Virus record (IMG/VR): IMGVR_UViG_3300037478_000238
Span: 1 to 55,206 of that record
Strand: one strand, 5' to 3'
DNA from: a virus
Lineage: Duplodnaviria > Caudoviricetes
Length of the DNA stretch: 55,206 bases
The position numbers were made by a program, and so were the translations under genes. Below the pieces are notes generated by a model. It did no database searches and was not told the origin of the DNA. It saw nothing but the letters and a program-made list of their open reading frames with translations. How positions within the stretch are numbered: position 1 is the stretch's first letter; every line of letters begins with the position of its first letter. Positions 33,867-43,802 of the stretch are shown piece by piece.

Positions 33867-34220
33867 ATGGCTACCAGGGTGGACATTGTCCTCCATGAGG
33901 ATAATGATGAGGTTCTGAGCCTTGTTGTCACTCCGGTTGACGCAAATGAGGATCTTACCGACATCACTACCCTGGAGCTGTATCTGAAGCCGCAGAACTG
34001 CACCAGTGATGAAGATCCACTTGTGCTGGTTTTGACTTCAGCCGACGTATTACAGATCAATATCACCACCCAGAGCGCGGTACTGATCACCGCAGACGCC
34101 TTCATCCCTGCCAGTGCTCTTGCCAGTCCCTACGATAGGTTCTGGAGACTCGACACCCTAAACGCTGCCGGAGACCGGCGTACGGCTATGTACGGAGAAG
34201 TGGCGGTGGTGAACCTGTGA
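33867..34220 (+). CDS. Putative tail/baseplate protein
   Basis: AGGAGG RBS; structural context. Confidence 0.55.
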   Translation: MATRVDIVLHEDNDEVLSLVVTPVDANEDLTDITTLELYLKPQNCTSDEDPLVLVLTSADVLQINITTQSAVLITADAFIPASALASPYDRFWRLDTLNAAGDRRTAMYGEVAVVNL

Positions 34221-35005
34221 ACGCACCCTGTAGCTGGACTCTGGACGACATCGTCTGTGGGTGTGGATGTGAGACCCACCCTCCGGCGGTGCAGGAGCGG
34301 GCCGAGCAGTACGCCTCCACCATCCTATGGGCGGCCACTGGCCGCCGGTTCGGGCTATGCGAGCAGACCGTTCGCCCCTGTGGCCGGCGCAAGGGTTCAT
34401 GCTCCCCCTCATTCGGCTGGGGTGCGGTAGCCACTGGTGGCCTATGGTTGCCGTACATCGGCCCGGACGGACTGTGGCGTAACTGTGGTTGTCGGAACTG
34501 GTGTAACTGTTCGCCCAACTGTGAGGCTTATCTGCCTGGGCCGGTCAACAGTGTGGTGGAGGTTCTGGTCAATGGCGAGGTGGTGGACCCGGCCACCTAC
34601 GAGGTTCAAGATCACCATTGGCTTGTGCGTTTAAACGGGGACTGCTGGCCAGAATGCCCCGACATGGCTACCAACGAGCAGTTTGAGGTCACCTACCTCA
34701 AGGGCGAACCGGTGCCGACAGTGCTGGCCACCGCCGCTCGTACCCTGGCCTGTGAGTTCGCCAGGGCCTGCCAAGGGGAAACCTGCCGCATCCCCGGCCG
34801 GCTCCAGTTCATCGCCCGGCAGGGCGTCACCGCTCAGATGGTCGACCTGGAACGGCTCATGGACAGGGGCCTGACCGGGGTGGTGGAAGTCGACCAGGTA
34901 ATCGCCGCCTACAATCCGTGGGGCCTGAAGGAGCGTCCACGGGTATGGAGCCCAGACCGGCCCTTCCCCCGGACCGTGACCACACCAGCGGGAGTGAGTA
35001 GTTGA
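34217..35005 (+). CDS. Head-to-tail adaptor
   Basis: LWAATGRRFG.C..TVRPC, LACE..RAC...CR.P...RQGV, TG..EVD....NP. Confidence 0.78.
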   Translation: MNAPCSWTLDDIVCGCGCETHPPAVQERAEQYASTILWAATGRRFGLCEQTVRPCGRRKGSCSPSFGWGAVATGGLWLPYIGPDGLWRNCGCRNWCNCSPNCEAYLPGPVNSVVEVLVNGEVVDPATYEVQDHHWLVRLNGDCWPECPDMATNEQFEVTYLKGEPVPTVLATAARTLACEFARACQGETCRIPGRLQFIARQGVTAQMVDLERLMDRGLTGVVEVDQVIAAYNPWGLKERPRVWSPDRPFPRTVTTPAGVSS

Positions 35006-35244
35006 TGGCTGAACCAAGCAGAGCCCAAACGATTGCTAAGGCTTTCCATGAAAGCTACGAGCGGCAGGCACCCTTGTTCGGTTATCAGACCCGACAGGCC
35101 AGTGCGGTTGACTGGGCAGATGTTCCGGCCGACAACAAGCGGTTGATGATGGCCGTGGTCAACGACCTACTGGACCGGGGCATCATCTACGCCAACCTCG
35201 ACTCCCCCGTAACTCCCCTGACCCCCCGAACGATGTGTTACTGA
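35005..35244 (+). CDS. Hypothetical protein
   Basis: TGATG overlaps on both sides. Confidence 0.6.
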   Translation: MAEPSRAQTIAKAFHESYERQAPLFGYQTRQASAVDWADVPADNKRLMMAVVNDLLDRGIIYANLDSPVTPLTPRTMCY

Positions 35245-35789
35245 TGCCAGGCGCTGACAGTGTCGACCGGGCCATCGCCCCCAGCGCCATCGCCCTGCTG
35301 TCCTGCCTGGAACAGCGAATGGCGCTCAACCCGAACCTACCGGAGCATTTCGTGATCCGGGTCGGCTCCGACCCGGTCGCGGCGGACTTTGACGAATACA
35401 ACGACTACTGCTGCCAGGGACTGGTCTACGTCCGGGTAATGCGACGGTTTCCGTCCGGTCAGCAGTTCCCGATCTCCGACGAACTGGCCAGCAACTGCAT
35501 GCCCACCAGCTGGGGTGTCGACCTGGCGATGGGTTCGTTTCGCTGCGCCCCGGACGCATTCAACCCGGAAGGCTGGCTGGAAACGTTCCAGAATGTACAG
35601 AACGACCAGCAGGCCATGGCCGATGCCATATGCTGCTGGAAGGACCAACAGGAACAGGAAAACCCGGGTAACTTCCTGAACTGGTTCAGCCAGGACTGGC
35701 TACCGTTTGCCCTCCAGGGCGGGTGTACGGGTGGGGAATGGCGGATAACAGCCCAGTTCAACAGCTGCGAAGAATGCTCCGGAGACTAA
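35244..35789 (+). CDS. Putative tail terminator / neck protein
   Basis: Cys-rich, RC.P, QGGC.GG.W; position. Confidence 0.6.
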   Translation: MPGADSVDRAIAPSAIALLSCLEQRMALNPNLPEHFVIRVGSDPVAADFDEYNDYCCQGLVYVRVMRRFPSGQQFPISDELASNCMPTSWGVDLAMGSFRCAPDAFNPEGWLETFQNVQNDQQAMADAICCWKDQQEQENPGNFLNWFSQDWLPFALQGGCTGGEWRITAQFNSCEECSGD

Positions 35790-35790
35790 T

Positions 35791-36069
35791 ATGACCAGAA
35801 GGCACGTGTACCAGATGAACCGGGCGGTGGGGATCATGGACAAGGGTGACAAGTTCACCTCAGAGCCGGACAACCCGATGGTGGTGTCACTGGTAGGTGC
35901 CGGGTACGCGGACCTGGTGTACATCGGCGACGACGACGTTGAACATTCGCAGGTGACGGAACCTGTTGTCAGGGGTGGTGAAGATGGTGCTGAGGTTCGT
36001 GGAGAACCCGGTGACGATGCGCACCGAGCCACTGAAGCTGGCGTTTACCCACACCCGGACAACCTGTAA
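35791..36069 (+). CDS. Hypothetical acidic protein
   Basis: Directly after upstream stop. Confidence 0.5.
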   Translation: MTRRHVYQMNRAVGIMDKGDKFTSEPDNPMVVSLVGAGYADLVYIGDDDVEHSQVTEPVVRGGEDGAEVRGEPGDDAHRATEAGVYPHPDNL

Positions 36070-36424
36070 CCAGATCGCCAGGGCGGCCCGGCGGATCGCC
36101 CCGGAAAACACCACCGGGTGGCGGCGCCCAGGTCCACACCTGAACCGGACCATCACCGCCACCACCCGGATCACCGGCCCCACCCAGGTTCAGGGGGACG
36201 TAGGTTCGGAGCTGCGTCACGCGCTGGTTGCTCACAATGGCGCCAGGCCGCATCCGATCTTTCCTAGAAGTTCCGGGGGGGTGTTGCGGTTCTTCTGGAC
36301 CCGTAAGGGTCGATGGGTCAGGTTCTCTGGCGTCAGTCACCCGGGTATGGATGGAACTCCATACTTGACTGCGCCGTTGCTGTTTATCGGCGTAAGTCGC
36401 GGTTACCGGGTCATCATCGCTTGA
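35984..36424 (+). CDS. Tail completion (HK97 gp10-like) protein
   Basis: AR..AP..T, H.G..PH.I.P, LRF.W, V.HPG...PYL. Confidence 0.65.
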   Translation: MVLRFVENPVTMRTEPLKLAFTHTRTTCNQIARAARRIAPENTTGWRRPGPHLNRTITATTRITGPTQVQGDVGSELRHALVAHNGARPHPIFPRSSGGVLRFFWTRKGRWVRFSGVSHPGMDGTPYLTAPLLFIGVSRGYRVIIA

Positions 36425-36454
36425 ACCCCCACCGACCCCTGATATGTTGTTGGC

Positions 36455-36817
36455 ATGGCAACCAATAGCAGCGCTGAGACCTTTGTACGCACCATCGGCG
36501 AACGGGAGATCGAGTTCCGGCCCCCCACTGATGCGCAGATGCTGGTCATCGGTCGGATGATCAAAGTGGTTGAGGGCATTGATGAGAACGACGTGACCCA
36601 GGTGTCCGGCTCGGTGCAGAAGGTGTCCCGGGTGCTGGACATCATCGACTACATGGTGGTCGACCCAGCTGACCGGGACTGGCTGGAGGATCGAATCGTG
36701 GCCGGGGAACTGGTGATGAGTCAGCTGACAGAGGTGTTCGACGTGGAGCCGGCCACTAACCGGGCCGGTCGCCGGAGCGTGGCCAAGAAGACCACCAGCC
36801 GTGCCCGTAAGAGCTGA
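36455..36817 (+). CDS. Tail assembly chaperone
   Basis: Two genes before tape measure; NRAGRR basic tail. Confidence 0.6.
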   Translation: MATNSSAETFVRTIGEREIEFRPPTDAQMLVIGRMIKVVEGIDENDVTQVSGSVQKVSRVLDIIDYMVVDPADRDWLEDRIVAGELVMSQLTEVFDVEPATNRAGRRSVAKKTTSRARKS

Positions 36818-37355
36818 TGCTTCGGCTCATTTCCGCAACGCCCGGATTGCCGTAACGGTCGGTAATCACGAATACACCATTCCTCCGGCTCCGGCGGCGA
36901 CCTGGTTGGCCATCCTGACCGCTGAACAGCCAGATGCCACCGAGATCATTCCGGGAATGTTCACTACCAGCGAGCAGGCCCTGTTTGACGATCAGCTACT
37001 GGCCGGCAATATCTCCGTGGTCGAAATCGGTGAAGCCACCCGGGACGTCATCACCATCGCCTCCGGCCATCCCTGGTGGTGGACCCTTGGGCTGGTCTCT
37101 GTCGTCACCGGAGAACACGGCACCCAAGCTTTGGGGGAAATGGCCCGCCTAGACACCTATAACCTGACATTCGGCGCCTGGCTGAACGCTCTCTACGCCC
37201 TGGTGGTCCGGCATATGAAAGACCAGGACCGGATGCAGTTCGACGCCCAGCTGGACGCCCCCCCAGCTAGTGTGGAAATAGACTCTGAAGACCTGATTGA
37301 CGAAGACGCGGCCACTGCCGCCTTCTTCGGTATGATGAATCAAACCAACGGCTAG
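36801..37355 (+). CDS. Tail assembly chaperone 2
   Basis: Immediately before tape measure; SGHPWW. Confidence 0.55.
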   Translation: MPVRADASAHFRNARIAVTVGNHEYTIPPAPAATWLAILTAEQPDATEIIPGMFTTSEQALFDDQLLAGNISVVEIGEATRDVITIASGHPWWWTLGLVSVVTGEHGTQALGEMARLDTYNLTFGAWLNALYALVVRHMKDQDRMQFDAQLDAPPASVEIDSEDLIDEDAATAAFFGMMNQTNG

Positions 37356-37364
37356 GATCAGCTT

Positions 37365-39578
37365 ATGTCGCTTGGCAGAGCCTTTATATCGGTACACGCC
37401 GATACCTCACCCTTTGCCAGGGAAGTACGCCAAGGGCTACGCAAGCTGGCAATAGATCTGCGGGAAGACACCGACCGGGCCGGCAACCTCATCGGTCAAC
37501 GGCTGGGCCTACGAGCCAGGCAGGGAATGCGACAGGCATTCGGTCGCCGCGACCTGAACCTAAACGCAAAAATCAACCTGTCCCAGACCAGCCTGGCCCG
37601 CACCGAAGCGGCGTTACGGGTCGCTACCCGGAACCGAGAGGTAGATGTCCGGGTGAACCGGCGCGGACTACTGCGCTCCCTGGGGCTGGTGGGAAGCCTG
37701 GTTGGCACGTTCGTGCTGAGCCTGGTGCGCATCTTCGGGGACCTGTTCAACTTCGGCCGTCAGATCGGGCAGATCTTCGGAGAAGCATTCAAAAACCTGT
37801 CCGCCGCGCTCAGTAGTTCCACAGCAGCAGCCGTCTCCCTGTCCAGTGCGATCGTGCAACTGGCCGCCGCAGCAGCCGCCCTAACTGTGGTGATCGTTCT
37901 ACTGGTAGGCATTTTCGGAGTCCTACTGGCCATTCTGATCCCGGTGGTGGAAACCGTCCAGCTGCTACTGACCCTGATGCCGGGACTGGCCGCTGCCTTC
38001 CTGTTCGCCATAGGCCCACTGGTGCTGGTCTTCTCCAACCTGGGTAAGGCGATCAAAGCCACCAGCGAAGAAGCGGAAGCATTTCAAAATGCCATTGAAG
38101 AACTAGGACCCAACACCCGTAGTAGCCTGCGGGGCCTACGGGAACTGGTACAGTTTTTTCAAAGCATCCGAAAAGCGGTGCAGGAGTCGTTCTTCGGCCC
38201 CATCAGTGAAGCAGTAAGAGAACTGGATGGACGCCTGGGGCCAACATTTCGGCAAGGGTTCATTGATGTAGCCGAAGCTGCTGGCGAATTCGCTGGTAAG
38301 TTCATTGAACTGTTCGACCACCCGATGGCGATCCCGTTCTTCGACGCCTTGTTCGGCCTGGCCGAGTTGGGCTTCGAACAGATCGGTGACGCCATCATCA
38401 ACCTGATCGGGGCGTTTGCCAACCTGACAGATGAGTCGATCCCCAATGTTCGGCGGGGTATTGACGGTATCGCGGACACCATTAACGGCTGGGCGGACAG
38501 TATCAACGACTTCGCCAACGATCCCAACTTCCAGGAAACCATTGAAGACTGGGAGGAGTCGTTCACCGCCGTCCGGGACCTACTCAGTGAAATTGGTCGG
38601 TTGGCCGGGAACCTGATTGACGGGTTCCGGGAAGATGGTATTCCGGTGATGGAACAATTTACCGGAATGATCGAAAAACTGAATGAGTTCCTGGAGTCGG
38701 ACACAGGTGCAGCATTCTTCGACGGGCTACGGATCTCGGCCCAGTTCCTACTGATCGTCTTACAGTCCCTGGTTACCCCACTAGTGTTTATGATCACTCT
38801 GATCGGGCGGATCGAACAAGCCTTTAAGAAAGATGTCCTGGGCGCGGTGCAGCTGCTGTTCTCCCCATTGACATTTATCATCACCAGGCTGGTGGACTGG
38901 CGTGCTGTCTTAACTAGCATCAAGGACTGGTGGGACCGGATCGTGGCCGGGGTCCGCCGGTTCGTGGACATTCTCTCCGGCCGAGGAATTCCACTGACCG
39001 GAACCCTGAGAAGTATTGTCAGCGGCATTAGTTTGCACGCTAACATTCTCAGGTCCCGGCTTAGTGGAGCCCTGAACATCATGCTCAGAATGCTGTCACC
39101 GATACGTCATGCACGTACCGCACTGGCCGCTGCGGCCGGGTTCGCTCGTACCATCAACAGCGTGCTCAGTGGTGCCGCGTTTTGGGCCGGGCAGATCCGG
39201 GACCGCATCAACAGCATCCGGATTCCGAGCCTCGGTGGGTTGGCCGGGATAGCAGGGCTGGCCGGAAGGGCGATCTTCGGACAAGAGGGCATGATCATCA
39301 CCCGGCCCACTAGCCTGATCGCCGGGGAGGCCGGCCCGGAAGTGCTGATCCCCCTTACCCGCCCCGACCGGGCCAGGGAACTACTGGTGGCCTCCGGCCT
39401 GGCCAACATGATCCGAGGCGGAGATGGAGCATTCGCCGGCATGCCGGGTGCCACAGTCCCGAGCATCCATCTGATTTTTGAATCAGATGGAGGTGCCGCC
39501 AGTGATGCAATCCTGGAAGTTCTCCGGCGCGGGGTACGGATCAGGGGTGGCAACGTTCAGCAGGTGATCGGTCAATGA
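37365..39578 (+). CDS. Tape measure protein
   Basis: LGRAFISVHADT..F N-terminus, helical Ala/Leu-rich body, TM stretch, GEAGPEVLIPL. Confidence 0.9.
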   Translation: MSLGRAFISVHADTSPFAREVRQGLRKLAIDLREDTDRAGNLIGQRLGLRARQGMRQAFGRRDLNLNAKINLSQTSLARTEAALRVATRNREVDVRVNRRGLLRSLGLVGSLVGTFVLSLVRIFGDLFNFGRQIGQIFGEAFKNLSAALSSSTAAAVSLSSAIVQLAAAAAALTVVIVLLVGIFGVLLAILIPVVETVQLLLTLMPGLAAAFLFAIGPLVLVFSNLGKAIKATSEEAEAFQNAIEELGPNTRSSLRGLRELVQFFQSIRKAVQESFFGPISEAVRELDGRLGPTFRQGFIDVAEAAGEFAGKFIELFDHPMAIPFFDALFGLAELGFEQIGDAIINLIGAFANLTDESIPNVRRGIDGIADTINGWADSINDFANDPNFQETIEDWEESFTAVRDLLSEIGRLAGNLIDGFREDGIPVMEQFTGMIEKLNEFLESDTGAAFFDGLRISAQFLLIVLQSLVTPLVFMITLIGRIEQAFKKDVLGAVQLLFSPLTFIITRLVDWRAVLTSIKDWWDRIVAGVRRFVDILSGRGIPLTGTLRSIVSGISLHANILRSRLSGALNIMLRMLSPIRHARTALAAAAGFARTINSVLSGAAFWAGQIRDRINSIRIPSLGGLAGIAGLAGRAIFGQEGMIITRPTSLIAGEAGPEVLIPLTRPDRARELLVASGLANMIRGGDGAFAGMPGATVPSIHLIFESDGGAASDAILEVLRRGVRIRGGNVQQVIGQ

Positions 39579-42439
39579 CGTTTTATCAACAGAACGAGAT
39601 CATTGTTGAACTGTTCTACGACAACGAGTGGAACAACATCACCAATGATGTCCGCGGCCAGCCATCGGAAGGCTTCGGAGCCTCTATCGACCGGGGCAGC
39701 TCTAACGAGTCGGACACCGCTGACCCTTCCCGGACCTCTCTCTATCTGAATAACCTTGATGGTCGGTACACGATTGACAATCCGAACTCCCCCCTGTTCG
39801 GAAAAATTCAGCTGAATACGCCTATCCGGATTACTGTCAACAATTCAATCCGGGTAGTGAATGAAGTTTCTGAATGGCCGGTGGACTGGGACCGGTACGG
39901 TAAAGATGTGTGGGCGCCGATACAGGCATCCGGCATCCTGTCCCGGCTAAACCAGGACCGAGAAGTTGTCAGTGCCATGTTCGGGACCATCACTGGAAGC
40001 AACATGGTACCTGTGCTCGTGGCCTACTGGTCGCTAGAAGACGAGCAGGGAGCCTCGGTGGCGGCCAGTGGCATCCCGGGTCAGCCTTCAATGAGGCCCT
40101 CGTCTACTAATTTCCCCGATTTTGGTGGGCGAAACGACGTACCGGTTGGGACCAAGGCACTTCCCGATTTTTCAATCGCCACAGCCTCAGAGAGGCAGCT
40201 GGTCGGCCAAGTCCCCAACATGGACCAGGTACTGGGAGCAGGTGGGTCTTGGACCGTGTCTTTTTTGGTGTCCTACCAGGACACGGCTGACTACCGGCCA
40301 ATCATCCTGCAACTTTTAAACGCCCCGGGCAACATAGAACGACTCGTGTTGGAGTTTCAGAATACCCAGCTGGGATTGACTGCCATTGATGGGGAAAGTA
40401 GTTCATTTTCTGTTGGTACAATTGCGCAGACGTTAAACGACGGGGCGTGGTACTGGGTACAGTTTGAGTCGTATGAAAATGGTGCGAACATAGAGTACGA
40501 CCTAACTGTGTACAACGAGCTTGGGCAGTTGGTTTTCACTGACAACTTCGGCTCTTTAGCTGGCTCCTCGGTTGGTTCGATCACTCAGGTGATGACCCGT
40601 GCCCGCCCCGATAGCCAGCCGGTTTCGATCGGGCACATTTCAGTGTGGGCAACTTCGGCTGCAACAGTTACCGGCCTTACGATGGTGCAGGCAGCAGTTG
40701 ACGGGTTTTACAACGAACGAGCCGGGCGTCGCATCGAACGGTTGTGTGCGGAAAACCAGATCCCATTTACTTCAGCCAACGATTTGGACGACACCCAGTT
40801 TTTGGGCGTCCAGGAGCCGGGTCAGTTTCTTTCTGTTTTGCATGATGCGGAGGAAGCTGATCAGGGGATCTTGTTCGAGACCCGTAACCAGCTTGGTTTG
40901 AGTTATCGGACTGGGCGTAGTTTCTACAACCAGGACCCTGATCTGGCAATTTCGTACAACGCATGCCAGCTTCGTCATCCGCTACGGGCGACCAGGGACA
41001 CCAGGTTTGTCAAAAACGACATCATCATCAGCAGGACTGGCGGGTCCAGTTTCCAGCTACGGAAGGAAACTGGCCCGTTATCAGTGCAGCCACCTCCCGT
41101 AGGTATTGGTCATTATGATGACTCTGTTTCGGTTAACGTTGCGCATGATCTGCAACTTCCGAACCAGGCGGCGTGGCGGTTGCTTCTAGGGACTCTCAGT
41201 GAGGCACGGTTCCCGGTGGTCAGGTTACGTAACCTGGCTCCATTGAACTGTCCTAGCGACCCACTTTTTCTTTCAGCAGCTTCCACACTGGAGGTTGGGA
41301 GCAAGATAGTAATCCTTGACCCTCCCCCATGGCTACCGCCTAATGCGATAGAACAGATTATTCGGGGATACGGTGAAGAGTACGACTTGTACAAGTGGTT
41401 GATGCAGAACAACACCACACCCGCCAGTCCGTACACTATTGGGCTCCGAGCTGATACCCAGACCCCGTTGACTTCAGTCAACCAGCTCACCAATGACGAC
41501 TCCAGCTCTAATCCCGGCACCACAGCTAGCGTGTCTCCGAATAATAATTCACTTCTATTACTGGCCGTGGTAGTAGTAACACCAGACGGCCCAGCTCCGG
41601 ACCCGGGCGATGTATCGGTAGACGGGCTGGGGCTAACCTGGGTCTTGGTCGCTTCACAGGACTACCGGCTACGCCGCCGCCTGTATCTGTTCCGGGCACA
41701 GGGTGGTGCGGCAACCGGTACGTTGACCATCACCTACGATGGAACACCCTCATTCCAGGAAATGCAATGGTCCCTATCGGAATGGACCGGGACCATCGTT
41801 GGAAACAATGGGGCGAATGCGGTCAAGGGCATTAACACTTCTACGCTGAACGCTGGCGGGGAACAGCTGGCCGTCAACATCGGTAGTACGGTTAACGAAG
41901 GTGACACCACTTACGTTGCGTTCGGGGTGGAGGAAGCTGGTGGCCCACCAACACTGAAGGTTGGCTGGAACCAGCTCTCATCATTGGAGTCGTCCAACGT
42001 GCGGCACCTGGTATGTGCCCGGGACCCGGACCAGGACCAGACTCCAAGCATCTCCTGGACCGATGCGGCAAACGGGGCGGCAGCAATCGGCCTGATTGTT
42101 ACAGCAGTAACAGCTGCCGCAGTTCCAGCCCCAGCGAGCCCGACCCGCAGGGACACGGCAGGGAGCGTGCTGGATGCTGCCTTCGATGCCGGTACCGACA
42201 CCAGCTTTGATGTGGAAACCACCCTTGGGCCACTGTGGGGCCAGACGGGAGCATCAAACATAAGCCTCCCATTCGATGTGAACATTTCAGGTGCCCGGGT
42301 CCGGGTTACCGCTATCGGTGCACCTACCGGGCAGGTACAGACGTTCACCTGCCAACAGGCCATTCTCAATAATGTGAACAAAACCATTGCTGCTGGTGTC
42401 GATGTACGACTATGGCAGCCAGCTGTTAGGGGGCTGTAA
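39575..42439 (+). CDS. Minor tail protein with LamG-like domain
   Basis: W..IT.DVR, L.N.DGRY, AYW.L, RI.RLC.E; follows tape measure. Confidence 0.8.
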   Translation: MTFYQQNEIIVELFYDNEWNNITNDVRGQPSEGFGASIDRGSSNESDTADPSRTSLYLNNLDGRYTIDNPNSPLFGKIQLNTPIRITVNNSIRVVNEVSEWPVDWDRYGKDVWAPIQASGILSRLNQDREVVSAMFGTITGSNMVPVLVAYWSLEDEQGASVAASGIPGQPSMRPSSTNFPDFGGRNDVPVGTKALPDFSIATASERQLVGQVPNMDQVLGAGGSWTVSFLVSYQDTADYRPIILQLLNAPGNIERLVLEFQNTQLGLTAIDGESSSFSVGTIAQTLNDGAWYWVQFESYENGANIEYDLTVYNELGQLVFTDNFGSLAGSSVGSITQVMTRARPDSQPVSIGHISVWATSAATVTGLTMVQAAVDGFYNERAGRRIERLCAENQIPFTSANDLDDTQFLGVQEPGQFLSVLHDAEEADQGILFETRNQLGLSYRTGRSFYNQDPDLAISYNACQLRHPLRATRDTRFVKNDIIISRTGGSSFQLRKETGPLSVQPPPVGIGHYDDSVSVNVAHDLQLPNQAAWRLLLGTLSEARFPVVRLRNLAPLNCPSDPLFLSAASTLEVGSKIVILDPPPWLPPNAIEQIIRGYGEEYDLYKWLMQNNTTPASPYTIGLRADTQTPLTSVNQLTNDDSSSNPGTTASVSPNNNSLLLLAVVVVTPDGPAPDPGDVSVDGLGLTWVLVASQDYRLRRRLYLFRAQGGAATGTLTITYDGTPSFQEMQWSLSEWTGTIVGNNGANAVKGINTSTLNAGGEQLAVNIGSTVNEGDTTYVAFGVEEAGGPPTLKVGWNQLSSLESSNVRHLVCARDPDQDQTPSISWTDAANGAAAIGLIVTAVTAAAVPAPASPTRRDTAGSVLDAAFDAGTDTSFDVETTLGPLWGQTGASNISLPFDVNISGARVRVTAIGAPTGQVQTFTCQQAILNNVNKTIAAGVDVRLWQPAVRGL

Positions 42440-42903
42440 TGCCTGACCTTCTCGCCGGCACCACCATCCTGGCCTTAGACACACCCCCAACCCAGACCGC
42501 CCGGGATGCCACCACGGTCACTGGTCTGACCAACACCGACTACGAAACTGACCCGGGGGTAGCGGACACGGTTTCCGTTACTTTCCTGGCACCAACAACT
42601 GGCCGGGTGCATCTAACCGTATGGGGGGGTTTGCGCGTCTCGTCTGGTTCGACCAGGGCTCAGGCTGGTTACATCGTACGCGAAACCGATGAAACCGGTA
42701 CAATCGTTAGCGAAACCGGGACTAGCAACCCGTTGATCGGCACCAACACGGGCTCCACTTCCTACGTCTACGGGGAAGGCAGCACCATCATCCCCAGCCT
42801 GACCCCAGGTGCCGTCTATTGGGCTGCGGTCTCCACCCGGGTAAGTGTCGCCGGTGCCTACGATTTTTCCGACCGTCGTATCACCATAGCGCCGGCCACA
42901 TAG
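42439..42903 (+). CDS. Minor tail protein
   Basis: TAATG overlap; F.APTTGRV; Thr-rich. Confidence 0.65.
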   Translation: MPDLLAGTTILALDTPPTQTARDATTVTGLTNTDYETDPGVADTVSVTFLAPTTGRVHLTVWGGLRVSSGSTRAQAGYIVRETDETGTIVSETGTSNPLIGTNTGSTSYVYGEGSTIIPSLTPGAVYWAAVSTRVSVAGAYDFSDRRITIAPAT

Positions 42904-42907
42904 GAAA

Positions 42908-43378
42908 CTAGCGACCTCGACCCCACTGCACCTGGTCACCGGTCTTCCAGCCCCGGCGCCAGTGAAAATGGTCCGGGTCCCGGCAGGCCCGGCAGGACCG
43001 TACTGACAGCTGCGGGCCGGGCTCAGAGCCATCTTCTGGTTTAAACACTCTCTTGCCCTGCTCGTCGGTGAACCGGGCGTTTTTCAACGTGGGTGGGGTT
43101 TCGATCCCCACGTGCTGCACCATGTGCGTGCCGATCCCGGACTGGGTGGCCAGGCCGGCGATCAGGGCCGGCGCCCGCTTCCTGATCCACCACCGGTCAT
43201 GCCCGGTCATGGTCAGCTTCAGCAACACGTGGTCGTCGTAAAGGTCCAGCTCGGCCAGCTGGACCCACCGGTTCAGGTTCTGCATCCGGGTCAACGGGTC
43301 CAGTAGTTCGCGGTGCATCGCATCAACATCCCAGCCGGGTGGTGTGTCGATGCGCCACGTGTACTTCTGTCGGGCCAT
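42908..43378 (-). CDS. Hypothetical protein
   Basis: ATG just after the holin stop; CxxC near the C-terminus. Confidence 0.6.
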   Translation of the reverse strand: MARQKYTWRIDTPPGWDVDAMHRELLDPLTRMQNLNRWVQLAELDLYDDHVLLKLTMTGHDRWWIRKRAPALIAGLATQSGIGTHMVQHVGIETPPTLKNARFTDEQGKRVFKPEDGSEPGPQLSVRSCRACRDPDHFHWRRGWKTGDQVQWGRGR

Positions 43379-43382
43379 GGCC

Positions 43383-43595
43383 CTATTGTGGCTTCTCCAC
43401 GAACCCGGCGTTGGGTACTTGGTACACGGCAATGATGGTCAGGGCCGCCTCAACGCCCACGATGGCCAGGGTGCCGATCTCGTTGGTGCTGATGAGGTTG
43501 TCGGCCAGGACTGCGGACAGGGCCATCACTACGGTGCCGATGGCGGCTACCCAGGCTTTAGCTGCACGCATTTTAGTGCCCCATTTCCCGTTCAT
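43383..43595 (-). CDS. Putative holin (2 TM)
   Basis: AKAWVAA..., VYQVPN; in lysis cluster. Confidence 0.7.
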   Translation of the reverse strand: MNGKWGTKMRAAKAWVAAIGTVVMALSAVLADNLISTNEIGTLAIVGVEAALTIIAVYQVPNAGFVEKPQ

Positions 43596-43794
43596 CCTCA
43601 GAGTCGTTTATTATCGGGACCCTGATTCCGTGGGCGGTTAATGCTGCGGTGAGGTTTTTGATATGTCTCTTCAATTGTGCATTTGCCGAGTTGGTTAACA
43701 CATGCACTTGTTGTACCTGGCGCCTGGTACGAATGGTAACAATCGTACTGAATAGTACAACTATTGCAGTGGCCAATGTCACCAACTCTGTCAT
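43573..43794 (-). CDS. Single-TM lysis-associated protein
   Basis: N-terminal TM, VHVLTNS; between lysin and holin. Confidence 0.6.
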   Translation of the reverse strand: MTELVTLATAIVVLFSTIVTIRTRRQVQQVHVLTNSANAQLKRHIKNLTAALTAHGIRVPIINDSEDEREMGH

Positions 43795-43802
43795 TTCTGA
43801 CG

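Noticed and set aside
36780-36820. Programmed frameshift between the tail assembly chaperones
   Set aside because: No slippery heptamer is visible in the overlap, and the second ORF has its own GTG.
38159-39082. 307-aa minus-strand ORF
   Set aside because: Antisense shadow of the tape measure gene, expected in high-GC DNA.
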